Assembly: GCA_964642155.1 (NCBI GenBank)
Contig: CAZXNT010000003.1
Coordinates: forward strand, 64,899 to 128,898
Length of the DNA: 64,000 nt
Reading direction: 5' to 3'
Origin: an uncultured Candidatus Saccharibacteria bacterium
GTDB lineage: Bacteria > Patescibacteriota > Minisyncoccia > UBA6257 > UBA9933
The position numbers and the translations under genes were made by a program. The notes beneath the pieces are model-generated. The model was not told the origin of the DNA. It saw only the letters and a list, made by a program, of their open reading frames with translations, and searched no databases. This document shows positions 9,451-18,474 of this stretch, in pieces. The number at the start of each line of letters is the position of its first letter. The first letter of the stretch is position 1.

Positions 9451-9876
9451 TTATCTTTTTATCCGTAGAAATAATTTTAAATCCTTTACGCTTTTTTCTG
9501 TTAAATCATACTCAAAAACTTTATCCAGAGATATCCAATCAAAGCCCTCACCCTCCGATAACTGCATCTGCGATTTACCCAAATCACTTTCTACAAAAAA
9601 TACATATCTGTATGTTTGTAATTCTTCATTTAGATAATCGCAAAGTGGTACAATTTTTTCTTCTGGAATTTTTATGCCAAGTTCTTCTTCTAATTCTCTC
9701 ACAAAAATCTGCTTTGGCGATTCATCTCCCTTATTCAATCCACCGAAGAAAGCCCATTAATTTGGATTTATATTTGTCTTTGAATCTCGTTTATGCAACA
9801 ATACTGATTTATTTTTGAGATTGTATAAAAATCCGCCGGCGTAAAATTTTTCTTTTTTTATATTTTTATTTCCCAT
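9451..9876 (-). pseudogene. NUDIX hydrolase interrupted by in-frame TAA (codon 40)
   Basis: N-terminal MGNKNIKKEKFYAGGFLYNLKNKSVLLHKRDSKTNINPN then TAA, then in same frame WAFFGGLNKGDESPKQIFVRELEEELGI (perfect NUDIX box GX5EX7REUXEEXGU). Confidence 0.6.
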
Positions 9877-9984
9877 GGCATTTTTTGATTTTATTTCTGT
9901 GTCCGCAGAAATTGTTTATGACCATTTTCTACGTATTGTCTTGCAATTTTATCATCTTCAATAGTTCGAAACTTATGATGATAG

Positions 9985-10350
9985 CTAAAAAAAACTTTCA
10001 ATTAATTTCCTTTCATCTTCGGGTATTTCACTCCATTTCTTAATTGATATCATGGTTTCATCAACAGCCACGATTTTATCGTCTTCATCGTCACGTCTTA
10101 TTAAAGCTATGGGTTCAACCTCAATTTCTTGACCAACTTCTAATGCCTTATTTGATAATATCAATATATCAATCTCGTCGCCTTCCTTTTCATTCAACGT
10201 TTCAGGAATATATCCATAGTGAATTGGCATAATTCCATCATTAACTGAAATTACATCTTTAGTAGGACCAAGATCTATAAATCCAGACTTATCATACTTG
10301 ATATGTCGTCTCCTATTATCACCTTTTGGAATTTCGATAATTGCCTTCAT
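9985..10350 (-). CDS. ppa: inorganic pyrophosphatase (family I)
   Basis: EIPKGxxxKYE...DGDPLDILIL-like motifs. Start trimmed to avoid secA overlap. Confidence 0.8.
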   Translation of the reverse strand: MKAIIEIPKGDNRRRHIKYDKSGFIDLGPTKDVISVNDGIMPIHYGYIPETLNEKEGDEIDILILSNKALEVGQEIEVEPIALIRRDDEDDKIVAVDETMISIKKWSEIPEDERKLIESFF

Positions 10351-10360
10351 ATATTTATTC

Positions 10361-12682
10361 CTATTTTCCATGGCATTTTTTAAATTTTTTCCCGCTTCCG
10401 CAATAACATATGTCATTTCTTCCAAGTTTATGCGATTTAATATCTATAGATGAATGGCTTACTAAATTTTCCGTTTCCTGATTCCTATTTACTGATTCCT
10501 GCTTACTAAATTTTTCTTTATTCTCTTCCAGCCATTTATCAAAATTCGCGACCATTTCTTTATACATCATATTGCTTTCTCTGCGATATTCCACCAAAGG
10601 GTCGTGCTGACCGTAAGCGCGCAAACGCACTGATTCGCGAAGCGCTTCCATATTTTCCAAATGGCTCATCCAAAGCGCGTCAAGCATTCCAAAAATTTGA
10701 GGATTAACTCCGCCCTCAAGCATCTTTTGTCTTTTTTCGTAAATCGCGGTTCTTTGTTTGTTTAAAACATCGTCGTATTCCAATAAATGTTTTCTGGAAT
10801 CAAAATTCAATCCCTCAATTTTTTTCTGGGCCTCATTGACGACTCTGGAAATAAGCCGCGATTCAATCGGATGGTCTTCAGGTAAATCAAGCCGCTCCAT
10901 CAGCGATTTTATTTTTTCTCCGCCGAAAATTCTCAATAAATCGTCTTCCAATGAAAGAAAGAATCTAGTTTCTCCCGGGTCGCCTTGCCTTCCGCTTCGG
11001 CCGCGCAACTGATTGTCAATCCGACGAGCTTCATGGCGTTCAGTGCCAATAACGCACAATCCTCCCAATTCTTTTATTTTTTGTTGTTCTTCAACGCTTG
11101 AAGGAGTGCCGCCGAGAACAATATCAACGCCGCGCCCCGCCATATTGGTCGCCACTGTCACGGCTCCGATTCTTCCCGCTTGAGCAATAACCGCTCCTTC
11201 TTGTTCATGATTTTTTGCGTTTAAAACTTCGTGAGGAACGCCGGCTTGCCTCAATAGATAAGAAAAAAGTTCGTTATGCTCAATTGAAGCGGTACCGATC
11301 AAAACCGGCTGGCCCAATTGGCGGCGTTTTTTTATTTCTTCAACCACAGCGCCGCATTTCGCCTTAAAAGTTTTGTAAATCAAATCCGCTTGGTCTTTGC
11401 GAACCATCGGTTTATTGGTCGGGATATTGGCAACTTCCAGATTATAAACTTTGTGAAATTCCTCGGCAGAAGTCTGAGCCGTGCCGGTCATTCCGCTCAA
11501 CTTTTCATACAAACGAAAATAATTTTGGATGGTAATGGAAGCGTATGTCCGCGACTCCTGTTTCACTTCAATGCTCTCCTTTGCTTCAATCGCCTGATGC
11601 AAACCGCCGGAATATCGGCGGCCGTACATTTTCCTGCCGGTAAATTCATCAATAATTACTATTTCGTTATTCTCAACGATATAATTTTTGTCTCTCTTAA
11701 AAAGCGCGAAGGCTTTTAACGATTCTTCAAGATAATGAACCAGCCGAAGATTTTCCGGCTCGTAAAGATTTTTGATGTTTAAAATTTTTTCGATCTTGGC
11801 AATGCCTTCGTCCGTAATCGTCGTCGCTTTCGCTTTTTCCTCAACTGAATAATCTTTTTCTTTTTCAAGCCGACTGACAATTTTGGCGAATACTTTATAA
11901 TATTCGCTTGATTCAGCGTCGGGCGCGGAAATAATTAAGGGCGTCCGCGCTTCGTCTATTAAAATACTGTCAACCTCGTCAATAATCGCGTAGTAAAACG
12001 GTTTTCTCTGAGCCTGGTCTTCCGGCCGATACGCCAAATTATCCCTTAAATAATCAAATCCGAATTCATGGTTGGTGCCGTAAAGAATATTGCATTGATA
12101 AGCTTCTTTGCGGGAAATCGGCCGAAGAAAATCATAAAAAATTTTATAACTTCCAAAAATATCGCGTTCTTTGTCTTCTTGGGTAGTTTCTTTTTTATAA
12201 TGCGAATCATAAATGAACGCCGCTTCATGCGTTAAACACCCAACCGTTAAACCAAGCGCGTCGTAAATCTGACCCATCCAAATCGCGTCTCTGCGAGCTA
12301 AATAATCATTAACAGTAATTATATGAACTCCTTTTCCGGATAAGGCGTTAGAGTAAGCCGCCAAAGTGGCGGTTAAAGTTTTCCCTTCACCGGTCGCCAT
12401 TTCCACGATTTTGCCCTGATGCAAGACAATGCCGCCAATAAGCTGAACGTCAAAATGCCGCTGGCCAAGAGTTCGTTTAGCGGCTTCGCGGCACAAAGCG
12501 AATGCTTCCGGTAAAACATTATTTAATAATTCACCTTCAGTAATTCGCTTTTTCAACGCCAAACTTCTTTCTTTTAAATTATCATTATCGAGTTTTTCCA
12601 ATTCCGGCTCCAAATTATTAATAGCCGCGATTAGCGGCTTAAAATCCTCCTTGCCAAATAAATTCCTTAAAAAACTAAACAT
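10361..12682 (-). CDS. secA: preprotein translocase ATPase SecA
   Basis: DEAD-like motor motifs, 773 aa, C-terminal Zn finger CYCGSGKKFKKCHG. Confidence 0.95.
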   Translation of the reverse strand: MFSFLRNLFGKEDFKPLIAAINNLEPELEKLDNDNLKERSLALKKRITEGELLNNVLPEAFALCREAAKRTLGQRHFDVQLIGGIVLHQGKIVEMATGEGKTLTATLAAYSNALSGKGVHIITVNDYLARRDAIWMGQIYDALGLTVGCLTHEAAFIYDSHYKKETTQEDKERDIFGSYKIFYDFLRPISRKEAYQCNILYGTNHEFGFDYLRDNLAYRPEDQAQRKPFYYAIIDEVDSILIDEARTPLIISAPDAESSEYYKVFAKIVSRLEKEKDYSVEEKAKATTITDEGIAKIEKILNIKNLYEPENLRLVHYLEESLKAFALFKRDKNYIVENNEIVIIDEFTGRKMYGRRYSGGLHQAIEAKESIEVKQESRTYASITIQNYFRLYEKLSGMTGTAQTSAEEFHKVYNLEVANIPTNKPMVRKDQADLIYKTFKAKCGAVVEEIKKRRQLGQPVLIGTASIEHNELFSYLLRQAGVPHEVLNAKNHEQEGAVIAQAGRIGAVTVATNMAGRGVDIVLGGTPSSVEEQQKIKELGGLCVIGTERHEARRIDNQLRGRSGRQGDPGETRFFLSLEDDLLRIFGGEKIKSLMERLDLPEDHPIESRLISRVVNEAQKKIEGLNFDSRKHLLEYDDVLNKQRTAIYEKRQKMLEGGVNPQIFGMLDALWMSHLENMEALRESVRLRAYGQHDPLVEYRRESNMMYKEMVANFDKWLEENKEKFSKQESVNRNQETENLVSHSSIDIKSHKLGRNDICYCGSGKKFKKCHGK

Positions 12683-12722
12683 TCCTTAATTATAATGTTT
12701 TTTTGCCAAAAATAAAGAAAAT

Positions 12723-13583
12723 CTACGGACTCCAATTTATAATCACATCGGTTACTGTCGGGGAATTCGTTCCGGAAGCGTCAGAATATAAAAATATTTT
12801 GTAACGGAAATATCTTTGATTGTTATGATACGCCAAATTTATTTGAGTCGAAATTCCCGTGTTCGCCGGAGCGTAATAAGTTGTTGCCGAACCGTCCGGA
12901 CCCTTGTAATCCCATGGTCCAGCAGCGCTGTTTGACGAAGCGATTTGAAATTTAACGCTTGTTCCGCTCAACTGCGTTCCTTGCCACATAATGGTATTTA
13001 TCGCTGAACCGCCAATTGCCCAAGTGTCAAAAACCGAAGAAACTAAACTGCCAGAAGTGGATGTTGAAACAGAACTTGTTTTAACTTTATAATCGGACGG
13101 TGAACAACCGCCAGCGCCGGAATTAACGCAATTAAAACTAAACCAGCCGACATTATCATTCCACGCCCAGCCGGAAAAATCGCCGTTTGACGGATTAACA
13201 AAAACGCCATAAGCCTGGCTTTGTGTTGTTGTACCGGAAAAACTGAGCCAACCAAAATTATCATTCCAAGCATAACCGCTCAAACTTCCGGTTCCGTCTT
13301 TTAAAACTTTAAAATCGCTCGTTCCGCAAACATTACCGCTCGGCGAAGTAGCGCAATCAAGTGCGATAAAGCCGATTGATGAAGAAGCGTAGCCAGTCAG
13401 TTGTGTTGAAGAGACATTGACATTATTCGTCGTATAAAAATCAACCCAACCGATTACATCATTCCAGGCATAGCGGTAGGTTGAATCAATATTGGTGGCG
13501 GCGGAAACAGTAGTAAGTAGAAAGTAGATAGTAGATAGTAAAACAACGAGGCACACCGCAAAAATAATTTTTATTTTAAACAT
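12723..13583 (-). CDS. secreted protein with three W-A-W-N-D-x-x-G-W-x-x-F repeats
   Basis: Signal peptide. Repeats YAWNDVIGWVDF / YAWNDNFGWLSF / WAWNDNVGWFSF. Paralogous repeat block in 15650..16822. Confidence 0.55.
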   Translation of the reverse strand: MFKIKIIFAVCLVVLLSTIYFLLTTVSAATNIDSTYRYAWNDVIGWVDFYTTNNVNVSSTQLTGYASSSIGFIALDCATSPSGNVCGTSDFKVLKDGTGSLSGYAWNDNFGWLSFSGTTTQSQAYGVFVNPSNGDFSGWAWNDNVGWFSFNCVNSGAGGCSPSDYKVKTSSVSTSTSGSLVSSVFDTWAIGGSAINTIMWQGTQLSGTSVKFQIASSNSAAGPWDYKGPDGSATTYYAPANTGISTQINLAYHNNQRYFRYKIFLYSDASGTNSPTVTDVIINWSP

Positions 13584-13696
13584 ATTTTAATTTATTTTAT
13601 CATAATCCAATTATCATTACAAATTACCTATGTTCAATTTCGTATAAATTTTTATATAAATTATCGCAGATATTAAATTTTATATCTTTAATCTTT

Positions 13697-13720
13697 CTTG
13701 CTATCCCATAGGATAGCAAG
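13697..13720. promoter_or_regulatory. palindrome CTTGCTATCC-cata-GGATAGCAAG (candidate operator)
   Basis: Perfect 10-bp arms. Family member of 8 related palindromes around the two TrpR-like genes. Confidence 0.5.
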
Positions 13721-13772
13721 AATAGTTGAGTTAAATTGAGATTACGGGGCCTGATCACGAAATCTTTAATTT

Positions 13773-13800
13773 CCCTTACAATCCTATGAAATAGCAAGGG
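13773..13800. promoter_or_regulatory. degenerate copy of the CTTGCTATCC palindrome
   Basis: CCCTTACAATCC-tat-GAAATAGCAAGGG; right arm intact, left arm degenerate. Confidence 0.3.
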
Positions 13801-13929
13801 TTTTGTATAAAAAATTAAAAAAAATACCCCGTTAGAAATAATACCTCTTTGTTCTACGGCGAGGTTACATTTTAGAATAATTCTGGCGGGGTCTAATGCC
13901 CCGCTGGAATTTCTAACGGGGTTTACTTT

Positions 13930-14454
13930 TCAATTTATTAATTTCTTTCTCCGCCTTGGCATTGTTGGGTCAAGGAATTTCCATCTCCCCTTTCCGGATG
14001 CGTTCGGCAATCTGTCAAATATCTCATCCATAATATTAATGATATCCGCCATTCCGTCCGCCATATCGCTAAATGAAAATTGAAGAAAATGTTTTGGTGT
14101 TTTATCTGATTTATTGTTATTTTTATTTTTTTTGGAAATTTCAAAATAACTCTTATATTCGCCGTTTCCAATACTTTTTTTAATTGAACTAATGGTGTTC
14201 GGAGACAGCCAAAGAATTTCGCTGATTTGGTGATAATTCATTCCTTTTTTAAATAAAGAAATGATCGCCAATCTCCTGATAATATTTCTTTTTTCTTGAT
14301 TGGTTAATAAATTATTTAAAAATAATTCTAATTTTTTATTGCTCGCGATTTTTGAAAACTCTTTCCAAAGATAGTTTTCCCATTCTTTCCGGGACGAAAA
14401 TTCGGAAAGATTTTTTATATTTTCCATAATTTTAAATTTTGATATTTTAAGCAA
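13930..14454 (-). CDS. TrpR/YerC-like helix-turn-helix regulator (paralog 1)
   Basis: SRKEWENYLWKEF... and HTH QISEILWLSPNTISSIKKS. Paralog of 28218..28745. Confidence 0.55.
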   Translation of the reverse strand: MLKISKFKIMENIKNLSEFSSRKEWENYLWKEFSKIASNKKLELFLNNLLTNQEKRNIIRRLAIISLFKKGMNYHQISEILWLSPNTISSIKKSIGNGEYKSYFEISKKNKNNNKSDKTPKHFLQFSFSDMADGMADIINIMDEIFDRLPNASGKGRWKFLDPTMPRRRKKLIN

Positions 14455-14496
14455 AATAGAATATTAAGATAAAACATTAATAAGATTTTAAAACAT

Positions 14497-14534
14497 CCTT
14501 GCTCTTGCTATCTTATAGGATAGCAAGAGCAAGG
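14497..14534. promoter_or_regulatory. 38-bp palindrome CCTTGCTCTTGCTATC-N-GATAGCAAGAGCAAGG
   Basis: 16-bp perfect arms, in promoter region of TrpR-like gene. Confidence 0.5.
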
Positions 14535-14614
14535 AAAAAAGCAAACAAAATAGACAAGGAATAGTAAGAAGAATGATAGAAGAGCAAGAAGAAAAAGAAT
14601 AAAGAGGATATATT

Positions 14615-14640
14615 CCTTGCTATCCTGTAGGATAGCAAGG
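14615..14640. promoter_or_regulatory. palindrome CCTTGCTATCCT-gt-AGGATAGCAAGG
   Basis: 12-bp perfect arms, upstream of TrpR-like gene. Confidence 0.5.
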
Positions 14641-14903
14641 AAAAGAATAGGTGGAATACTTAAACAGATTAATAGAAAAACGGAAATATAAAAAAATCAC
14701 TCTAAAATGGCTAAAAGAAATTGATTTGGGCAACGAAAAAATAAAAAAGTTAACTCTGGAATAAATTATTGACTTACGAAGTCAATAAGATTGGGGTAAT
14801 TATTTATTTTCTAACGCTTCAATTCTTGATTTTAATTCTTTGATCTCAGTGTCTTTTTCCGCTTTGAGTTCTTTAATTGTCAACCATTGTCCCTATTTAT
14901 TTT

Positions 14904-15629
14904 TTATTTTCCTAGTTTATAAACCCTTGAATAGAGTGTTGTTGTGCCGTCATGATAACATCTATAATTTTCTCCTTTTCTAACAACCGCCGTACATCCA
15001 GCTTGATTGACTGCCGGTAGAGCATTTTGTGAATATACAGATATTCCACCCGCCTCACACAGTATATAAGTCAATGTTCCGCCAACGCCATTACACATAA
15101 AAATTAAGTCTGTATCTGCTAGATAGTAAGTAGTATTAGTCATACCTGTTGTTGGCACTCTCAAAATTGAAACTGTCCCCACAACATCAAGAGTTGCATC
15201 CGGCGTTGGCGTCCCAATGCCGACGTAGCCATTGCTCCCGTCTATAACTAAATAATTTGCTCCCGTAAAATTACCAATTTCAAATTTTCCTGCTCCAATA
15301 GCATTCCCTGACCCAGACGACATTAAACTAAAAGTTCTCGCCCCAACTCCTCCTCCAGTAAGATTTAAAATTCCGCCGGCAGTTCCTGTATTAGTGATAC
15401 GCGCAAGAGTATTAAGAGAAAAAGGATTATTATTTGATGCCACGATATCTAAGGAAACTTGAGGTGTTGATGTCCCGATGCCGACGTTGCCGTTGTAATA
15501 ATATAAAGCGCCGCCGCCGGAAGGAGGGTTGGCGGTAGGATTGGTCCAAGCATTAACCAAAACAGCAATTAAAAGACCGACTATTATTGAAGTTAAAATT
15601 GGAAATAAAATTTTTTGTTTATTTTTCAT
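14904..15629 (-). CDS. secreted Gly-rich repeat protein (GxVGIGTxTP...LDVVG repeats)
   Basis: N-terminal signal anchor, two GNVGIGTSTPQVSLDIV-type repeats. First gene of pilus locus. Confidence 0.5.
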   Translation of the reverse strand: MKNKQKILFPILTSIIVGLLIAVLVNAWTNPTANPPSGGGALYYYNGNVGIGTSTPQVSLDIVASNNNPFSLNTLARITNTGTAGGILNLTGGGVGARTFSLMSSGSGNAIGAGKFEIGNFTGANYLVIDGSNGYVGIGTPTPDATLDVVGTVSILRVPTTGMTNTTYYLADTDLIFMCNGVGGTLTYILCEAGGISVYSQNALPAVNQAGCTAVVRKGENYRCYHDGTTTLYSRVYKLGK

Positions 15630-15649
15630 TTTTTTTATTATAACATATC

Positions 15650-16822
15650 CTACGGACGCCAGCTAGTTTTCACCTTATAATTAACCGTTCCGCAAGTGCT
15701 TGTGTTGGAACAATTGAACGAAACCCAACCCTTGATATCGTTCCACGCCCAGCCGGAAAATTCTCCCGTAGAAGTATTGATAACGACCTGATACGTTGGA
15801 TTTGACGGACAAACCCAATTACTGCCACTTAAAGTTGAACCGCCGGAAGCGTTTCCGCAAAAACTTGTCCAGCCGATTCCATCATTCCACGCCCAACCTG
15901 CCAAATTTCCGCTCGCGTCATTGGAAACTTTAAAATTACTCGTCCCGCAAATATTATTATTCGGCGTGGAATTACAATTCAAAGCGACAAAACCGACTGA
16001 TAAACTTGCGTATCCTTCAAGCCGGTCAGAATAAACTTTTACATTGCCTGTTGAAAATCCGAAATCAATCCAGCCAATTAAGTCATTCCATGCCCATTTG
16101 TCCGTTGAATCAATGGTGCCAGTGGCGTTACTGCCCCCCCCCGCAGCGCCGCTAATCGTTATTGCGCCCGTTGAACTTGAATAATTAATATTGGTTGAAC
16201 TGGCGAATTTATTGTTTATTAAAGTGTTATTGGTGCTGGTTGAAAAAAATTCTTGATTATTACCGCCGCTCCAATCGGTCTGAATAAAAACTTTATTCTG
16301 GTTCCGCGTCAGATATTGGATTTTATTCAGATTGCGTCCGCCTTCCCAATTTACATAAACCATTATTTTTTGAGTTGAAGGGTCATCCGCAATTCCGCTG
16401 TCGCCCACAGCCGCGCAGGAAGTAGTGGCGTTAGTTGTGATATTGCCGATGCCGCATAAATCACGACTTGCGTTTTCAATTAAAAAATAACGGGTAAAAT
16501 TTTTGCCTTCAATAATAGTAGTGGTAGCGCCGGAAACCAACGCAAAAGCCGTGCCCGAAGCAGTTAAATAAAATTGTGAGTCCACTCCTTTACTCGCCGG
16601 TGGAATATAAACTTTTTGCCAGTCGGAATAAGCGAGCGATTGAAGATTATCAATATATTCCGAAGCCAAAGACAAAGCGATTTGCGCTGTTTTGGTGTCA
16701 AAATTACTTCTTAACACAACAACGATCGTTGTGGCCGCCGCGCCGATTAAAATAGTGGCAATCGCCATGCCGATAATGACTTCTATTAAACTTTGTCCCT
16801 TATTAGTATTGAATCTGTCCAT
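15650..16822 (-). CDS. minor pilin (prepilin-type N-terminus) with C-terminal WAWND repeat domain
   Basis: KGQSLIEVIIGMAIATIL prepilin cleavage/methylation-type N-terminus. Repeats KWAWNDLIGWIDF / GWAWNDGIGWTSF / GWAWNDIKGWVSF. Confidence 0.6.
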   Translation of the reverse strand: MDRFNTNKGQSLIEVIIGMAIATILIGAAATTIVVVLRSNFDTKTAQIALSLASEYIDNLQSLAYSDWQKVYIPPASKGVDSQFYLTASGTAFALVSGATTTIIEGKNFTRYFLIENASRDLCGIGNITTNATTSCAAVGDSGIADDPSTQKIMVYVNWEGGRNLNKIQYLTRNQNKVFIQTDWSGGNNQEFFSTSTNNTLINNKFASSTNINYSSSTGAITISGAAGGGSNATGTIDSTDKWAWNDLIGWIDFGFSTGNVKVYSDRLEGYASLSVGFVALNCNSTPNNNICGTSNFKVSNDASGNLAGWAWNDGIGWTSFCGNASGGSTLSGSNWVCPSNPTYQVVINTSTGEFSGWAWNDIKGWVSFNCSNTSTCGTVNYKVKTSWRP

Positions 16823-17261
16823 TTGTGTTAACGATTATTGTTTTGGAAATTGACGCGTCTCTTTTAAGGGAAATTATAATAGTGGTTGACGCGTTCGGCA
16901 AACCGCTGACCGGAGCGAAAATAACGTCTTTGCTGTTTCCGGATGTTGGGTCGGAAAATTGAATAGTCGGCCTAAACGAATTTTTAGAGATTATCGTTCC
17001 AGTGGCATAAGTCGTTCCGGAAAATAAATCGTAAAATCCGCCGCTGGAAACTGAATTTTCAAAATGAATGCCATAATGGCTGCTTGATTCCTGCGAGATT
17101 GACCTATCCTGCGCGTTTCTTAAAATTATCGTAATTTCCCGCGCCGTTAAATCAAGGTCTTGCGTTCCGCGATAACCGAAAAGATTTAAAAAAGAAACCG
17201 TGGATACAACTGCAATAATGCCGATAGTTATTAATAATTCTATAAGTGTAAAGGCTCTCAT
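16803..17261 (-). CDS. type IV pilus pseudopilin/minor pilin
   Basis: MRAFTLIELLITIGIIAVV prepilin N-terminal domain. Confidence 0.7.
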   Translation of the reverse strand: MRAFTLIELLITIGIIAVVSTVSFLNLFGYRGTQDLDLTAREITIILRNAQDRSISQESSSHYGIHFENSVSSGGFYDLFSGTTYATGTIISKNSFRPTIQFSDPTSGNSKDVIFAPVSGLPNASTTIIISLKRDASISKTIIVNTNGQIQY

Positions 17262-17262
17262 T

Positions 17263-18474
17263 TTAGAATTGTCCTACTAACTGATATATCGGCACGATGA
17301 CCGCCAAAGCGATGGTGCCGATGATAAGTCCGATAACCAAAAGCAAAATCGGCTCCAAGAATGAAACCATTGATTTTATCGCGGTCTCTATCTCCGAAGT
17401 GTAAAAATCAGCCAAGGTCGTTAAAATGCTTTCCATATGGCCGGCCTTTTCAGAAATTGACATCAGATTAACCACCACTCTCGGGAAAGTCGGCTCTTTG
17501 CGAAAAGCTTCGCCGATGGTCAAACCTTTGGAAATTCCTTCCCGCGCTATTCTGCGTAAGCTTGTTTTTAATTCTTCATTTCCGACGGCATCAGCGGTGA
17601 TTTCCAGAGAATCAAGGATCGGCAATCCCGAAGAAAGTAATGCCGAAAATGTTGAAGCAAACCGCTGTAAGGCTATTTTTTTAAGAACTCCTCCGACAAT
17701 CGGCGTTTTTGCGATAAATCTTGAAAAAAGTTTTATTCCGATAATAGACTTTGTTATAAAAAACCAAGCGCCAACTAAAAGAATAATTATAAAAACCAAA
17801 ATAAACAAAAAATATTTTCCCATAAAAAGGCCGATTGCAAAAACGATTTTTGAAAATAACGGCGGCTCAAAACCTCCGGACGTAAAAATGTTGGCGATTT
17901 TTGGAAGCGCGAAACTCACCAAGAGGAAAAGAATCGCGGCCGAAGCGGTTAAAAGAATAATTGGATAAGTAATCGCCGCTTTAATCTGCCGTCTTAAATC
18001 CTGCTCTTTTTGCAAGGCAATGCTTAATTGATTAAAAACAAGTTCCAAATTTCCGGAAGTTTCTCCGGCTTTAATCATATTTATAAAAACCGAGGAGAAA
18101 AATCTCGGATACCTGACAAACACGGAATGAAAGGGCTGTCCCTTTTCCAGTGAAGTCCTGATTTCCATCAATAAAGCTTTAAGCGCCGGCTTTTCAAAAT
18201 CAGCGATTAAAATATCAATCGCCCTTAAAAGGTCAGTGCCGACTCTTAGCATTAAAGCCAGATACTTAGTGAGAAAAACCTTGTCTTCAACGTCAATTGA
18301 CTGGCTAAAAATTTTAAACCGGCCGGTTTTTGAAAGTTCTTTCGGCGCTTTTAATGAAATCGGCCTTAATCCCTGGCTGGCGAGAAACCCCAAAACTTCA
18401 GCCACACTTTCAGCTTCATGGTCGCCTTCAATTATTTTCCCATTGGATTGTGATGCAATATAATGAAACCTCAT
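17263..18474 (-). CDS. pilC: type IV pilus assembly platform protein PilC (GspF family)
   Basis: Two GspF repeats, 403 aa, three TM segments. Confidence 0.85.
   Translation of the reverse strand: MRFHYIASQSNGKIIEGDHEAESVAEVLGFLASQGLRPISLKAPKELSKTGRFKIFSQSIDVEDKVFLTKYLALMLRVGTDLLRAIDILIADFEKPALKALLMEIRTSLEKGQPFHSVFVRYPRFFSSVFINMIKAGETSGNLELVFNQLSIALQKEQDLRRQIKAAITYPIILLTASAAILFLLVSFALPKIANIFTSGGFEPPLFSKIVFAIGLFMGKYFLFILVFIIILLVGAWFFITKSIIGIKLFSRFIAKTPIVGGVLKKIALQRFASTFSALLSSGLPILDSLEITADAVGNEELKTSLRRIAREGISKGLTIGEAFRKEPTFPRVVVNLMSISEKAGHMESILTTLADFYTSEIETAIKSMVSFLEPILLLVIGLIIGTIALAVIVPIYQLVGQF

Noticed and set aside
13697-14640. CRISPR array hypothesis for the repeated palindromes
   Set aside because: The repeats are variable-length palindromes with irregular spacing. 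They flank a regulator gene on both sides, and there are no cas genes. The operator interpretation fits better.
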